Shown: positions 27,786 through 37,482, counted from the first letter of the stretch. The stretch is DNA of 64,000 nt from a virus (IMGVR_UViG_3300022555_000017:1-64000); one strand, 5' to 3'. The notes: generated by a model not told the origin, from the letters alone. Made by a program: numbers and translations.

Positions 27786-28064
27786 ATGAGAGATTGTCCA
27801 AAATGCCAAGGTAGAGGGTGGTATCAATTCAATGGTGATGATCCAATGCTACTTACTTTATGCGAAATATGTCATCATGTAGGAAAATATAACGATTTTA
27901 TGTATGGAATATGCGGTAAATGTCATGGACAAGGTGAAATGGTTACTATAAATCAAAAAGGTATGAGGCAACAACAGAAATTAGTTAAATGTGGTAGTTG
28001 TAATGGTAAAGGACTAATTGAACTTCCTAAAAAATTGGAGACTAATGAAAATATCTTATGGTAA
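27786..28064 (+). CDS. DnaJ-type zinc-finger (CxxCxGxG x4) small protein
   Basis: CPKCQGRG, CEICHHVG, CGKCHGQG, CGSCNGKG. Confidence 0.55.
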   Translation: MRDCPKCQGRGWYQFNGDDPMLLTLCEICHHVGKYNDFMYGICGKCHGQGEMVTINQKGMRQQQKLVKCGSCNGKGLIELPKKLETNENILW

Positions 28065-28573
28065 ATGGAAAAAGTAAAGGTTCATCCTTTGAGAGAGATA
28101 CCTGCAAGTTTTTGACAAAATATTTTACAGGGAACGATAAGCCTTACGTCTTTTGGCGCAGTCCGTCAAGTGGTGCAATAGGAATAAGTAGTCCAAATGC
28201 TTCAGGTGATATAATAGCATTAGATGAAAAATATATGTGGTTCACAGACAAGTTTAATTTAGAGTTGAAAACTGGATATGCTGATGCTGATTTCCATAAA
28301 CATTTCAAAGATAACAAGAATAACACAATAGAAGATTTTTGGATACAATGTCAGAAGGATGCCAAATTAAAGAATAAGTATGGTATTCTTATCTTTAGAA
28401 AGAAAGGGTATCAAACCATCATAGGTATACAAGAAGATATATTTTTACAGTTAAAAACTTTTCCAACTAAATATATGTTAGTGAGTTTCTTGGAAATGCC
28501 TAAAATTGTATTTTTTGATTTTAATAAGTTTTTTGAAATTGTTAAACCTGAGCATTTACAAGCAATAAAATAA
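28058..28573 (+). CDS. Hjc-like Holliday junction resolvase (PD-(D/E)XK)
   Basis: KGSSFERDTCKFL...WRSPSSG...GDIIALDEK...LELKTG parallels archaeal Hjc (KGSAVER...RAPASGS...DIIAL...IEMK). Confidence 0.5.
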   Translation: MVNGKSKGSSFERDTCKFLTKYFTGNDKPYVFWRSPSSGAIGISSPNASGDIIALDEKYMWFTDKFNLELKTGYADADFHKHFKDNKNNTIEDFWIQCQKDAKLKNKYGILIFRKKGYQTIIGIQEDIFLQLKTFPTKYMLVSFLEMPKIVFFDFNKFFEIVKPEHLQAIK

Positions 28574-28588
28574 TGGAATGAGAATTAG

Positions 28589-28816
28589 ATGTCTAAAAAA
28601 TTAGAATGTAATGATGTTTGGCTACCAGAACTAAATAAAGCAATTGAGTTTAACGGCAGATATTGGCATAATAATGACATTTCAAGGTGGTACGATGAAA
28701 TGAAGGGAAGGCAATGTATTAAAAAAGGTATTGACTTATTAGTTATACAAGAACAAGATTGGTATAATGATAAACCACACTGCCTTAACAAAATAAATAA
28801 ACTTATAGGTGCATAA
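28589..28816 (+). pseudogene. Truncated remnant (75 aa) of the Zn-ribbon/Vsr-like nuclease family: C-terminal domain only
   Basis: Retains ...WLPELNKAIEFNGRYWHNND...IDLLVIQEQDWYNDK but lacks the Zn-ribbon repeats and the PEKEIA/ENDRTQ N-terminal part of the nuclease domain. Confidence 0.55.
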
Positions 28817-29253
28817 TGACTATAAATGAAAAGATTGATAAACTTATAGAAAAGTATTTAGGGTTATATCATTCTGGTGTTGAGGTTTTTACAAATCCTA
28901 CTATATTAGATATAAAAGAAATGAAAAAATGGTCTGAAATTAGATTTCTTATTAATGTAGATACAGATACTTGTTATGTATGGGACTCTCAAAGAGCTAT
29001 ACACCAAGAAATATTTAACAGTTTATTAAGTAAGCATGAGTTTACAGGTGATAGGGCTAATAGTTTTGCAGAGGTATATAATAGACCTGATATTATAGCA
29101 GGTTATGCTAAGTTAGAAGGTAATAAAATGGCTGTTAGATTTGCTTATGGTAATGATGTTGATCCTGATAGTGTAAAGTCTGATGTTAAAAAGTTATTTA
29201 AAAATCCTAATGAACTGTTTGCAAATGCAGCAACACCTGATGAATATAGGTAA
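28816..29253 (+). CDS. Hypothetical protein (145 aa)
   Basis: ATAATGA coupling to the upstream gene. Confidence 0.45.
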   Translation: MTINEKIDKLIEKYLGLYHSGVEVFTNPTILDIKEMKKWSEIRFLINVDTDTCYVWDSQRAIHQEIFNSLLSKHEFTGDRANSFAEVYNRPDIIAGYAKLEGNKMAVRFAYGNDVDPDSVKSDVKKLFKNPNELFANAATPDEYR

Positions 29254-29346
29254 AGGAGGATATTATGAAAAAACTGAAAAAGTTATGGGAGAAGTTTGTA
29301 ACAAAAATAAAAGCATTGATAGGAAAAATCAAAGGAGTGTAATATA

Positions 29347-29661
29347 ATGGGTGAGTTTACGAATGGTGAGAGTCCAACAACCGAGTTGGAACTACAAAGG
29401 ATTGATGTAGGTAATGATGTACCAGATGGTTTTGAAACTGATGTTGAAGGGTTGAAAGCAAACGGGCAGAAGGATGGCACACCTATTTTTGATGTGCCTA
29501 AAGATCAGTTCTATAATAACATGAAGGCTGATAGAAAAAGATTGAGGTTTGATAGTGATGCACCAGTTTCTCAATATCTAAGAGGAACTAAATATAGAAA
29601 ACCATTTTATATTAGTACAACAGATAGTGATGGACAAAAATTCTTGCGTAAAGTAAAATAA
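29347..29661 (+). CDS. Hypothetical protein (104 aa)
   Basis: ORF. Confidence 0.4.
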   Translation: MGEFTNGESPTTELELQRIDVGNDVPDGFETDVEGLKANGQKDGTPIFDVPKDQFYNNMKADRKRLRFDSDAPVSQYLRGTKYRKPFYISTTDSDGQKFLRKVK

Positions 29662-29663
29662 AA

Positions 29664-30542
29664 ATGATTGGTAAAAAATTAAATTATATAGAAGTTAAAC
29701 AATATATTGAAAGTTTTGATTATAAACTTTTATCAACAAATTATATAAATGCTTTAACAAAATTAGAATTACAATGTCCGAAAGATCATATATATTTTGG
29801 TGTATATGGTAATTTTCAACAAGGTATTAGATGCCCGGAATGCTCAGGTCTAAAAAGGAAAACTTTAAGAGGCGTAAAAGAATATATTGAAAGTTTTGGG
29901 TATGAATTATTATCCACTGAATATAAAAATAGTAAAGAAAAATTAGAATTACAATGTCCTAAAAAACATATATTTAAAATGAGTTATGTTTGTTTTCAAA
30001 GAGGGCAAAGATGCCCCGAATGCGATAAATCTAAAAAACTTACATTAAATAAAGTTAAACAATATATAGAAAATTTTGAATATAAACTTTTATCAACAGA
30101 GTATGTAAATAGTAAAACTAAATTAGAACTACAATGCCCTGAAAGTCATATTTATAATGTAATATACAATTCATTTCAGCAAGGTCAAAGATGCCCTAGT
30201 TGTGCTTCAGTTAAAGGATGGTCTAAACCTGAAAAGGAAATTGCTGAATATATTAAACAAAACTATATTGGTGAAGTTATGGAAAATGATAGAACACAAG
30301 TAAAGAACTATTGGTCGGGTAAAAATTTAGAATTAGACATATTTTTACCTGAATTAAATAAAGCTGTTGAATATAATGGTGAGTACTGGCATAATAATGA
30401 TAAATCAAGATGGTATGATGAAATGAAAAAGAAGCAATGTAAACAAAAAAATATAAATTTATTGGTTATACAAGAACAAGATTGGTATGATAATAAACCA
30501 TACTGTCTTAACAAAATAAATAACTTCATTGTAAATTTATGA
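29664..30542 (+). CDS. Zn-ribbon-repeat (x3) plus Vsr/DUF559-like nuclease family protein
   Basis: Family motifs; directly followed by another member. Confidence 0.7.
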   Translation: MIGKKLNYIEVKQYIESFDYKLLSTNYINALTKLELQCPKDHIYFGVYGNFQQGIRCPECSGLKRKTLRGVKEYIESFGYELLSTEYKNSKEKLELQCPKKHIFKMSYVCFQRGQRCPECDKSKKLTLNKVKQYIENFEYKLLSTEYVNSKTKLELQCPESHIYNVIYNSFQQGQRCPSCASVKGWSKPEKEIAEYIKQNYIGEVMENDRTQVKNYWSGKNLELDIFLPELNKAVEYNGEYWHNNDKSRWYDEMKKKQCKQKNINLLVIQEQDWYDNKPYCLNKINNFIVNL

Positions 30543-30597
30543 GATTGACTTTTCATCATGGTTGTGGTATAATAAATTAAAAAGTAAGAAAAGGAAT

Positions 30598-31479
30598 ATG
30601 CAAAAATTATCATATAATGAAATTAGAAAATATATAGAAAGTTTTAATTATAAATGGCTATCTGGTGAATATAAAGATAATAAATCCAAATTAAATATTC
30701 AATGCCCAGAAGAGCATATTTACAAGGCATCATATAATAGTTTTCATAGAGGACGCAGATGCCCTAAATGTTTTGGAACTCATAAAAAATCTAATGAAGA
30801 AGTCAAAAGTTATATAGAAAGTTTCAACTATAAACTTCTATCTACTGAATACAAAAATAGTAAAGAAAAATTAGAACTACAATGCCCAAAAGGTCATATT
30901 TATTTTGCAAGTTATGATGATTTTCAACAAGAACATAGATGCCCTGAATGTGCAAATAAAATGAAGGGAGATAGTCAACGATTAGAAATTAATAATGTGA
31001 AAGAATATATAGAGGGTTTTGGATATAAACTTTTATCAACAGAATATAAAAATGTTTTATCTAATTTGAGATTGGAATGTTTAAATGGTCATAAATTTTT
31101 AATGAGATATAATAGTTTTCAACAGGGACAACGATGCCCTAAATGTTCGTATATTGACAAAAGTTCAAAACCTGAAAAAGAAATTGCTAAATATGTTAAA
31201 ACTATTTATTCTGGTAAAATGATTGAAAACGACAGGACACAAGTAAAAAACTATTGGTCTAGTCGTAATTTAGAACTTGATATATTTTTACCTGAATTAT
31301 CTAAAGCAATTGAATTTAATGGTATATATTGGCATTCAAATGATAAAACGATGTGGTGTGATGAAATGAAGAAAAAACAATGCATACAAAAGGGTATTGA
31401 TTTATTTGTAATAGATGAAAAACATTGGCGTGATGATAAGGTATGTTGTTTAAGTAATATAACGAAATTTATAATGTAG
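30598..31479 (+). CDS. Zn-ribbon-repeat (x3) plus Vsr/DUF559-like nuclease family protein (ORF opens at 30562)
   Basis: Family motifs; tandem with 29664-30542. Confidence 0.7.
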   Translation: MQKLSYNEIRKYIESFNYKWLSGEYKDNKSKLNIQCPEEHIYKASYNSFHRGRRCPKCFGTHKKSNEEVKSYIESFNYKLLSTEYKNSKEKLELQCPKGHIYFASYDDFQQEHRCPECANKMKGDSQRLEINNVKEYIEGFGYKLLSTEYKNVLSNLRLECLNGHKFLMRYNSFQQGQRCPKCSYIDKSSKPEKEIAKYVKTIYSGKMIENDRTQVKNYWSSRNLELDIFLPELSKAIEFNGIYWHSNDKTMWCDEMKKKQCIQKGIDLFVIDEKHWRDDKVCCLSNITKFIM

Positions 31480-31495
31480 AAAGGAAATGTGTGTA

Positions 31496-32365
31496 ATGAC
31501 AAAATGCAATCTATTTGATATGAACAATCTGGCGGTTCGCTGTTTCTTTAGCAAGGACATAGAGGCAGATTCTCCCCACCCAAATATCCAACTATGGAAG
31601 TATTTCGTAATAGATTCAGTATACAACTCACTATTTAAGGATAAAACTACTGAAATTGTGCTTGCTGTTGATGATAGAAGGTCATGGAGAAAGAATGTAT
31701 TTCCAAGATATAAAGAAGGGAGAAAGGGTAAAAGAGAAGTAAGTAAAGTAGATTGGAATATTTTTTATACAGAATATGATAGTCTATTAGAAGAGATTAG
31801 AAATAACCTACCATTCAAAGTGATCCATGTAACTGAAGCAGAAGCCGATGATATTATTGGTGTTATTGCTCTATATGGAACAAAAGATAAGTATACTGTT
31901 GTGAGTAATGATGAAGATTACTTACAACTTTCATCTAGCAAAGTAAAAATCTATAATCCAATGAAAATGACATATGTTGAATGCCAAGACACTGAGAAAT
32001 TTATCATAGAAAAGAGCCTATTGGGCCAAAAGAAAGATGATATATTTAATATTAAAACTCCTGTTGATTGGCCTATAGACAAGAGAAAGCCAGGCTTTGG
32101 TGATGCAGCACTAGCTAAAGTTATGGAATACGGTTGGGAAAAGTGGTTAAAAGATAACAAACTTGAAGATAGATATGAACTGAATAGAACTCTTATTGAT
32201 TTTAAGAGAATACCAGTATATCTAAGAACAGGTATCTTAAATTGTTATGATAGTTATGTTTTACCTGATCCCAGTAATTGTTATGGATTTTTCAAGTCTA
32301 ATAATTTTAGAGGATACCTTGAAAATTTTCATAATGTAGAAAATAATCTTTTAAAAATGTATTAG
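31496..32365 (+). CDS. rnh: T4-type RNase H / FEN 5'-3' exonuclease
   Basis: AVDDRRSWRKNVFPRYKEGRKGKRE...VTEAEADDIIGVIA...VSNDEDYLQL aligns to T4 RNase H (CIDNAKSGYWRRDF..YKKNRGKARE..KYEADDHIAVL..SSDGDFTQL). Confidence 0.8.
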   Translation: MTKCNLFDMNNLAVRCFFSKDIEADSPHPNIQLWKYFVIDSVYNSLFKDKTTEIVLAVDDRRSWRKNVFPRYKEGRKGKREVSKVDWNIFYTEYDSLLEEIRNNLPFKVIHVTEAEADDIIGVIALYGTKDKYTVVSNDEDYLQLSSSKVKIYNPMKMTYVECQDTEKFIIEKSLLGQKKDDIFNIKTPVDWPIDKRKPGFGDAALAKVMEYGWEKWLKDNKLEDRYELNRTLIDFKRIPVYLRTGILNCYDSYVLPDPSNCYGFFKSNNFRGYLENFHNVENNLLKMY

Positions 32366-32373
32366 GAGGATAT

Positions 32374-32577
32374 ATGCGTACATTTTTTGTTGTAAATGCA
32401 ATGAACAAGGAGGCATTTGAAAAGGCATTTCAAGCACCTTACGGATTCTCATCATCCACACCATTTACTAGCTATGATCAGGCTGTAGAATATTGTTCTT
32501 GCAAGCCTAAGCAATTCATTGTAGTAAAGGTAGAAAGTGGCGAAGAAGAAGTAGTTTACGAAAATAAGGAAGGATAA
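32374..32577 (+). CDS. Hypothetical protein (67 aa)
   Basis: RBS aggagg. Confidence 0.4.
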   Translation: MRTFFVVNAMNKEAFEKAFQAPYGFSSSTPFTSYDQAVEYCSCKPKQFIVVKVESGEEEVVYENKEG

Positions 32578-32604
32578 GACTAAAATTTATTTTTGGGTCA
32601 AAAG

Positions 32605-32640
32605 TGGCTGTGATCAAAAATCACAGCCATTTCTGTCTTT
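32605..32640 (+). terminator. Rho-independent terminator
   Basis: tggctgtgat-caaaa-atcacagcca perfect 10-bp stem followed by tttctgtcttt. Confidence 0.65.
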
Positions 32641-32675
32641 ATTGATCAAAATAGATTTTAATAAAAATAAAAAAT

Positions 32676-33182
32676 ATGATAAATAAACTTACCAATAAGC
32701 TACCTCTCGCAGGATATGAAATTAGTTTTAATGATGATCCTACGATGAAAACAACGTGCTTGGTTTTATTTGCATCAGGCTGTGTTAGACATTGTAATGG
32801 ATGCCAAAATCCAGAACTGCAAATTATGGATGAAACAAAAATCATATCCATAAATCAAGTTAAAAAAATAATAAAAAGTAAACAAGTACTAATAGATAGC
32901 GTTGCCTTTAGTGGCGGAGATTTTATACCGTTATATAGTGAGCAATTAAAAGAATTAATTTGTTTCTGTAAAAATAATACATTGAAAACCATTATATATA
33001 CTGGTGAAACATACGATAAAATAAACGAATGGTTTAGAGAAAATTCTGATATTATTGTATCAGAGCCTTATGATAGTGACATGAAACAAGGTGGATTTCC
33101 AGCCTCTACAAATCAAAGAGTGTATATAAATGGAAAAGAAGTAGATGTGAAGAAATTACAGATTAATAATATGGGAGTATAG
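32676..33182 (+). CDS. nrdG: Anaerobic ribonucleotide reductase activating protein NrdG (radical SAM)
   Basis: TTCLVLFASGCVRHCNGCQNPEL (CxxxCxxC) matches E. coli NrdG TRCTLFVSGCVHECPGCYNKSTW, plus the FSGGD motif. Confidence 0.8.
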   Translation: MINKLTNKLPLAGYEISFNDDPTMKTTCLVLFASGCVRHCNGCQNPELQIMDETKIISINQVKKIIKSKQVLIDSVAFSGGDFIPLYSEQLKELICFCKNNTLKTIIYTGETYDKINEWFRENSDIIVSEPYDSDMKQGGFPASTNQRVYINGKEVDVKKLQINNMGV

Positions 33183-33878
33183 ATGCCTGCAAAATTAATT
33201 TATACAAATATTAAAAACTATATTGAAGATTTTAATTATAAACTTTTATCAACTGAATATGTAAATAATAAAGAAATATTAAAATTAAAATGCCCTCAGA
33301 ACCATTTATTTAATATGTCTTTTCATACTTTTAAAGATAATGGAAATAGATGCTTTGAATGTAGTGGGAAAAAAAGAAATATATTAAATGTGGTTAAAAA
33401 CTATATTGAAGATTTTAATTATAAACTTTTATCTACCAGTTATATAAAAGCTTTAGATAAATTGAAATTACAATGCCCTAAAGGCCATATATTTGAAATG
33501 CGATATAATGATTTTCAACAAGGCCATAGATGTCCAGAGTGTTCATTGGTATTAGGATGGTCTAAAGCTGAAAAGGAAATTGTTGAATATGTTAAAAGTA
33601 TATATTCTGGTAATATAATAGAAAATGATAGAACGGTATGTAAAAACTATTGGTCTGGAAAAAATCTCGAACTTGATATATATTTACCAGAAATACAAAA
33701 AGCTATTGAATACAATGGGCGACATTGGCATTCATTTGAACAAAAACAATGGTATGATGAAATGAAGAAAAAGCAATGTATTAAAAAAGGTATTAATTTA
33801 TTAGTCATACAAGAGCAAGATTGGTTAGATAATAAGATGTATCAATTAAATAAAATAAATAAACTAGTAGGAGTATAG
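33183..33878 (+). CDS. Zn-ribbon-repeat (x2) plus Vsr/DUF559-like nuclease family protein, inserted exactly between nrdG and nrdD
   Basis: Starts at the nucleotide after the nrdG stop and ends 5 nt before the nrdD start. Confidence 0.7.
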   Translation: MPAKLIYTNIKNYIEDFNYKLLSTEYVNNKEILKLKCPQNHLFNMSFHTFKDNGNRCFECSGKKRNILNVVKNYIEDFNYKLLSTSYIKALDKLKLQCPKGHIFEMRYNDFQQGHRCPECSLVLGWSKAEKEIVEYVKSIYSGNIIENDRTVCKNYWSGKNLELDIYLPEIQKAIEYNGRHWHSFEQKQWYDEMKKKQCIKKGINLLVIQEQDWLDNKMYQLNKINKLVGV

Positions 33879-33883
33879 AACAA

Positions 33884-35818
33884 ATGTTAAATCTTTCAAT
33901 GGATTATGACGAAGGGTTTTCAAACCTATATAACAAGTGGAACAGTAGTGAAAGAGGAAAAAAGTTTCTTGAGTTTATTGGTATATCAAGGGATAAGTTA
34001 GATATAGTATCAATGAGTAAGTTGTATTTCAGTAAGAGTGAAGAAGATAGGACAATAGATGTAAATGCTAATGTTGGAAGGATAACAAGTCCTAACAATT
34101 ATCAAGCAGAAGTATTCAAGGGTGTAACAAAGTTAAATGGTCTTTTTCTTTTGTGGCAACATATGTCAAAAAAGAGAGGGGAAGAAACAGCTAGCAGAGT
34201 AGTATCAGGTATTATATCAGGCGATTATTATTTCCATGATTTAACATCTTCAGGTGTTTTAGTTCCCTATTGTTTTGCTTGGGCATCTAACAATGTTTTA
34301 AGTGAAGGTCGTAAGTATGGACAGTTACAATCTAAGTCACCGAAGAGAAGTGATTCATTCATTGCCGTCTGTATTGAATCTATTTTTGATATGGCACAAG
34401 AACAAATGGGGGCATTAGCTATACCAGATTTTATTGTTAATCTAGCATATTTTTATAAGAAAGAAGGTATTGATCCAGAATCAGAAGAAGGTAAGTATAA
34501 GATAGAGAACGATTTCCAAAGAATAATCCATTCATTAAATCAACAGTATAGAACAAGTAATCAATCAGCATTTACAAACTTTTCATTATTTGATAGAGAA
34601 ATCTTTAGAACAACATTTGCTGATTATTCATATCCAGATGGTACAAGTTGTCTAGACCTAACAGAATATATACAATCAGTTCAAAAGGTTTATATTGAGT
34701 TTGTTGCTAAGAAAGACCCATCAACAAAACTGCCATATAGATTTCCCGTTAATACACTAAACATCTATACAACAGAAGATCGTGAAATAGTTGATCAAAA
34801 GTTCTTTGACGTTGTGTGTAAGAATAATACAGAAGGACTATTTAATATATTCATTAGTAGAGGAAAAGCTAAGTTAGCATCCTGCTGCAGATTATTAAGT
34901 GATCCTATTAAGTTGAGAGAGTTTGCGAGATTTGATTCGTTCGCTAATGCAGGTCTATCACTTGGTAGTGCTAGAGTAGTAACGGTTAATTTTGCTAGAA
35001 TAGGTAAGTTAGCTAAGAATGATAAAGATAAATATTTCTTTCTGTTAAGTGAAAGATTAAATGATGTTAGAATGTTACTGAAATGTCAGAGGCATTTACT
35101 TAAACAGAAGATTGATGAAGGATTTCTAAAGTTCTTTAAGATGGATTGGATGAATATGAAGATGTTCTTTTCAACATTCGGCATGACAGGACTCAATGAA
35201 AGTATGTTGTTCATGGGTATTGACATAAAGACAGATGAAGGTATTGAGTTTGCTAAGGAACTATTCTTCTTCATTGAAAAGAAACTTGATGAGTTCAGTA
35301 GAGAAGATAGTATTGCTTACAACCTTGAGCAAGTTCCAGCAGAAGGTGCGGCATCCATGTTGGCAAGAATGGATAAGTTGTATTTCAATGATGAAGATTA
35401 TCCTTATGAGATATATGCAAATCAGTTTATACCTCTATGGGAGAAGTCAGACATTGTTGAACGAGCTACATTAGATGGCAAGTTAGGTAGTTATATGAGT
35501 GGTGGTAGTATTTGTCACTTGAATATTGGTACTAAAGTAACTGAGAAACAAATGGGTAAGCTAATCAATCTAGCAATCAAGTCAGGTCTTGAGCATTTTG
35601 CGTTGAATCCTAACTATTTGAAATGTGAAAATGATTGTATAACTATTGGAAGTAATAATGTCGAAACTTGTCCTAAATGTGGTGGTGATATTGTTGAAGC
35701 CTATAGTCGTGTCGTTGGCTACTTTACACCTGTAACACAATGGGATAAAACCAGAAGGGCAAAGGATTATGCTAATAGAACATTTAATGATATTGATATA
35801 ATAGAAGGTTTGTGTTAA
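33884..35818 (+). CDS. nrdD: Anaerobic ribonucleoside-triphosphate reductase NrdD (class III RNR), uninterrupted
   Basis: C-terminal CPKCGG...RVVGYFTPV zinc ribbon and glycyl-radical motif; size and overall pattern match T4/E. coli NrdD. Confidence 0.85.
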   Translation: MLNLSMDYDEGFSNLYNKWNSSERGKKFLEFIGISRDKLDIVSMSKLYFSKSEEDRTIDVNANVGRITSPNNYQAEVFKGVTKLNGLFLLWQHMSKKRGEETASRVVSGIISGDYYFHDLTSSGVLVPYCFAWASNNVLSEGRKYGQLQSKSPKRSDSFIAVCIESIFDMAQEQMGALAIPDFIVNLAYFYKKEGIDPESEEGKYKIENDFQRIIHSLNQQYRTSNQSAFTNFSLFDREIFRTTFADYSYPDGTSCLDLTEYIQSVQKVYIEFVAKKDPSTKLPYRFPVNTLNIYTTEDREIVDQKFFDVVCKNNTEGLFNIFISRGKAKLASCCRLLSDPIKLREFARFDSFANAGLSLGSARVVTVNFARIGKLAKNDKDKYFFLLSERLNDVRMLLKCQRHLLKQKIDEGFLKFFKMDWMNMKMFFSTFGMTGLNESMLFMGIDIKTDEGIEFAKELFFFIEKKLDEFSREDSIAYNLEQVPAEGAASMLARMDKLYFNDEDYPYEIYANQFIPLWEKSDIVERATLDGKLGSYMSGGSICHLNIGTKVTEKQMGKLINLAIKSGLEHFALNPNYLKCENDCITIGSNNVETCPKCGGDIVEAYSRVVGYFTPVTQWDKTRRAKDYANRTFNDIDIIEGLC

Positions 35819-35938
35819 AAAAATTAGTATTAAAAGAAGTTAAACAATATATAGAAAAATTTGATTGTGAATTAATTTTAAATGAGAGTGTTTATAAACA
35901 ATTACGAAAAATACATACTTTCATTGAAAACATTTAAC

Positions 35939-35967
35939 TTGATCTTTTACTAAAAATGTAGTATAAT
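35939..35967 (+). promoter_or_regulatory. Sigma70 consensus promoter, TTGATC-17-TATAAT
   Basis: ttgatc at 35939-35944, 17-nt spacer, tataat at 35962-35967; aggag RBS then ATG at 35984. Confidence 0.55.
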
Positions 35968-35983
35968 GTACAAATAGGAGAAT

Positions 35984-36280
35984 ATGTGTATGTATCAAAA
36001 ACAACTATCGGGAACTGAAATCGCAAAGGAATTAGGCATAACAAGACAAGCTGTTTCAAATACATTAAAAAGGGCAATGAAAAAAGTATACATAGGTGTT
36101 CAAGATTTTGAAGAAACCTGGACGCCTTTCCAAGTTGCCTCAGCAATGATTGAGGCATTTGGTATCTCATCACAAGAGGAAGTGAACAAATTTTTTAGAT
36201 TATTTCCTCCTGAAATTAAGGAGCTTATAGAATTAGATGCCGAACACCGAAAAGGAAAAAAAGATAAGGATTTGTATTAA
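35984..36280 (+). CDS. Small sigma-70 region-4-like HTH protein (98 aa)
   Basis: LSGTEIAKELGITRQAVSNTLKRAMKKV resembles the sigma region 4 consensus LSY.EIA..LGIS.GTVKSRLHRARKKL. Confidence 0.5.
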   Translation: MCMYQKQLSGTEIAKELGITRQAVSNTLKRAMKKVYIGVQDFEETWTPFQVASAMIEAFGISSQEEVNKFFRLFPPEIKELIELDAEHRKGKKDKDLY

Positions 36281-36429
36281 TTGTTTTAACTGTAAACAAA
36301 AGGATAAGTTTCTCTATTGTAAAGAAGAATACTTTAATCCAACTATTTATAAGATAGCACAGTTATACACACCACAAGACCATGATTGTATAGACTACAT
36401 ATCTATGGACGATTAGAAAGGATTTAAAA

Positions 36430-37482
36430 ATGTTAAGTTTAGATGTTGTGAATGATTTTATGTATGAGCACTTCTCTAAGGTGACTACATCAAAGAATGG
36501 GTCACATTTTCATGCTCGCTGCATACTTTGTGGCGATTCCAAAACCAATCCAAACAAGAAGAGATTTCACCTAGAATATAATTCTGGGCAATCTGTATAT
36601 CATTGTTTCAATTGTAATGCTTCTGGCTCATTTCTTGAACTATATTCTATACTTAAAAATATTTCAATCAATGAAGCAAAGAAAGAACTATATCAATATA
36701 ATCCAGAAAATTTAATTCAAATCTTATCAACAAGAAAAAAAGAAAAATTTATAAAAGAAATTGAGCATGAAGTATTTAACTATATCTTAGATGATTGTGT
36801 TGGCTTAGATTATAATAATGGTGGCTATATTCAAATGCAGTATAAAAGCAAGTTAAAACAATTTAAAAATGATAGAAAAATTCCTGATAATTTTAAGCTT
36901 TTTATTGCTTATAGAGGCGAATATCAAGGTAGGGTTCTTCTTCCAATTTATGATGGTAATGATATTGTTTATTTTCAAGGTAGACTGCTTGAGAATGATG
37001 ATGATAGTGTAAAGTATAAAAATCCTACTTTACAAAAAGAAAGTATCATTCTAAATAAAGGTAAGTTTGATAGAAATAAATATATTGTGATTACTGAAGG
37101 TATCATTGATGCTCTTCAAATTGGAGATCAAGGGACAAGTTGTTTAGGTGCGACAATTAGTAATGAATTTATTGAGGAACTATTAACTTTTACTGATATG
37201 GGTGTCATTATTGCACTTGACAATGATGAACGAGGTAAAAAGGAAATGGTTAAGTTTATAAAGACTAATAAATACGCCTCCAATGTGAGATATTTTTTAT
37301 TTCCTAATAAATATAACTGTAAAGATTTTGGGGAGCTTGTAAATAAATATTCTGTAGATTCTCTATATGAGATGATTATTGAAAATTCACTTTCAAACTT
37401 TGAAGCTCTCATGAAATTGAAAATGGAGGATAGTGATAATGAAATTAACACAAAAAGGAACGGATTATATAGAAATAAATGA
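36430..37482 (+). CDS. DNA primase (T4 gp61-like: Zn-ribbon plus TOPRIM)
   Basis: HARCILCGDSKTNPNKKRFHL...YHCFNCNASGSF zinc-binding region; ITEGIIDALQ and DNDERG TOPRIM-like motifs. Confidence 0.7.
   Translation: MLSLDVVNDFMYEHFSKVTTSKNGSHFHARCILCGDSKTNPNKKRFHLEYNSGQSVYHCFNCNASGSFLELYSILKNISINEAKKELYQYNPENLIQILSTRKKEKFIKEIEHEVFNYILDDCVGLDYNNGGYIQMQYKSKLKQFKNDRKIPDNFKLFIAYRGEYQGRVLLPIYDGNDIVYFQGRLLENDDDSVKYKNPTLQKESIILNKGKFDRNKYIVITEGIIDALQIGDQGTSCLGATISNEFIEELLTFTDMGVIIALDNDERGKKEMVKFIKTNKYASNVRYFLFPNKYNCKDFGELVNKYSVDSLYEMIIENSLSNFEALMKLKMEDSDNEINTKRNGLYRNK

Noticed and set aside
33884-35818. Possible group I intron in nrdD, as in T4
   Set aside because: The NrdD ORF is continuous from the start to the glycyl-radical C-terminus, so no interruption is evident.
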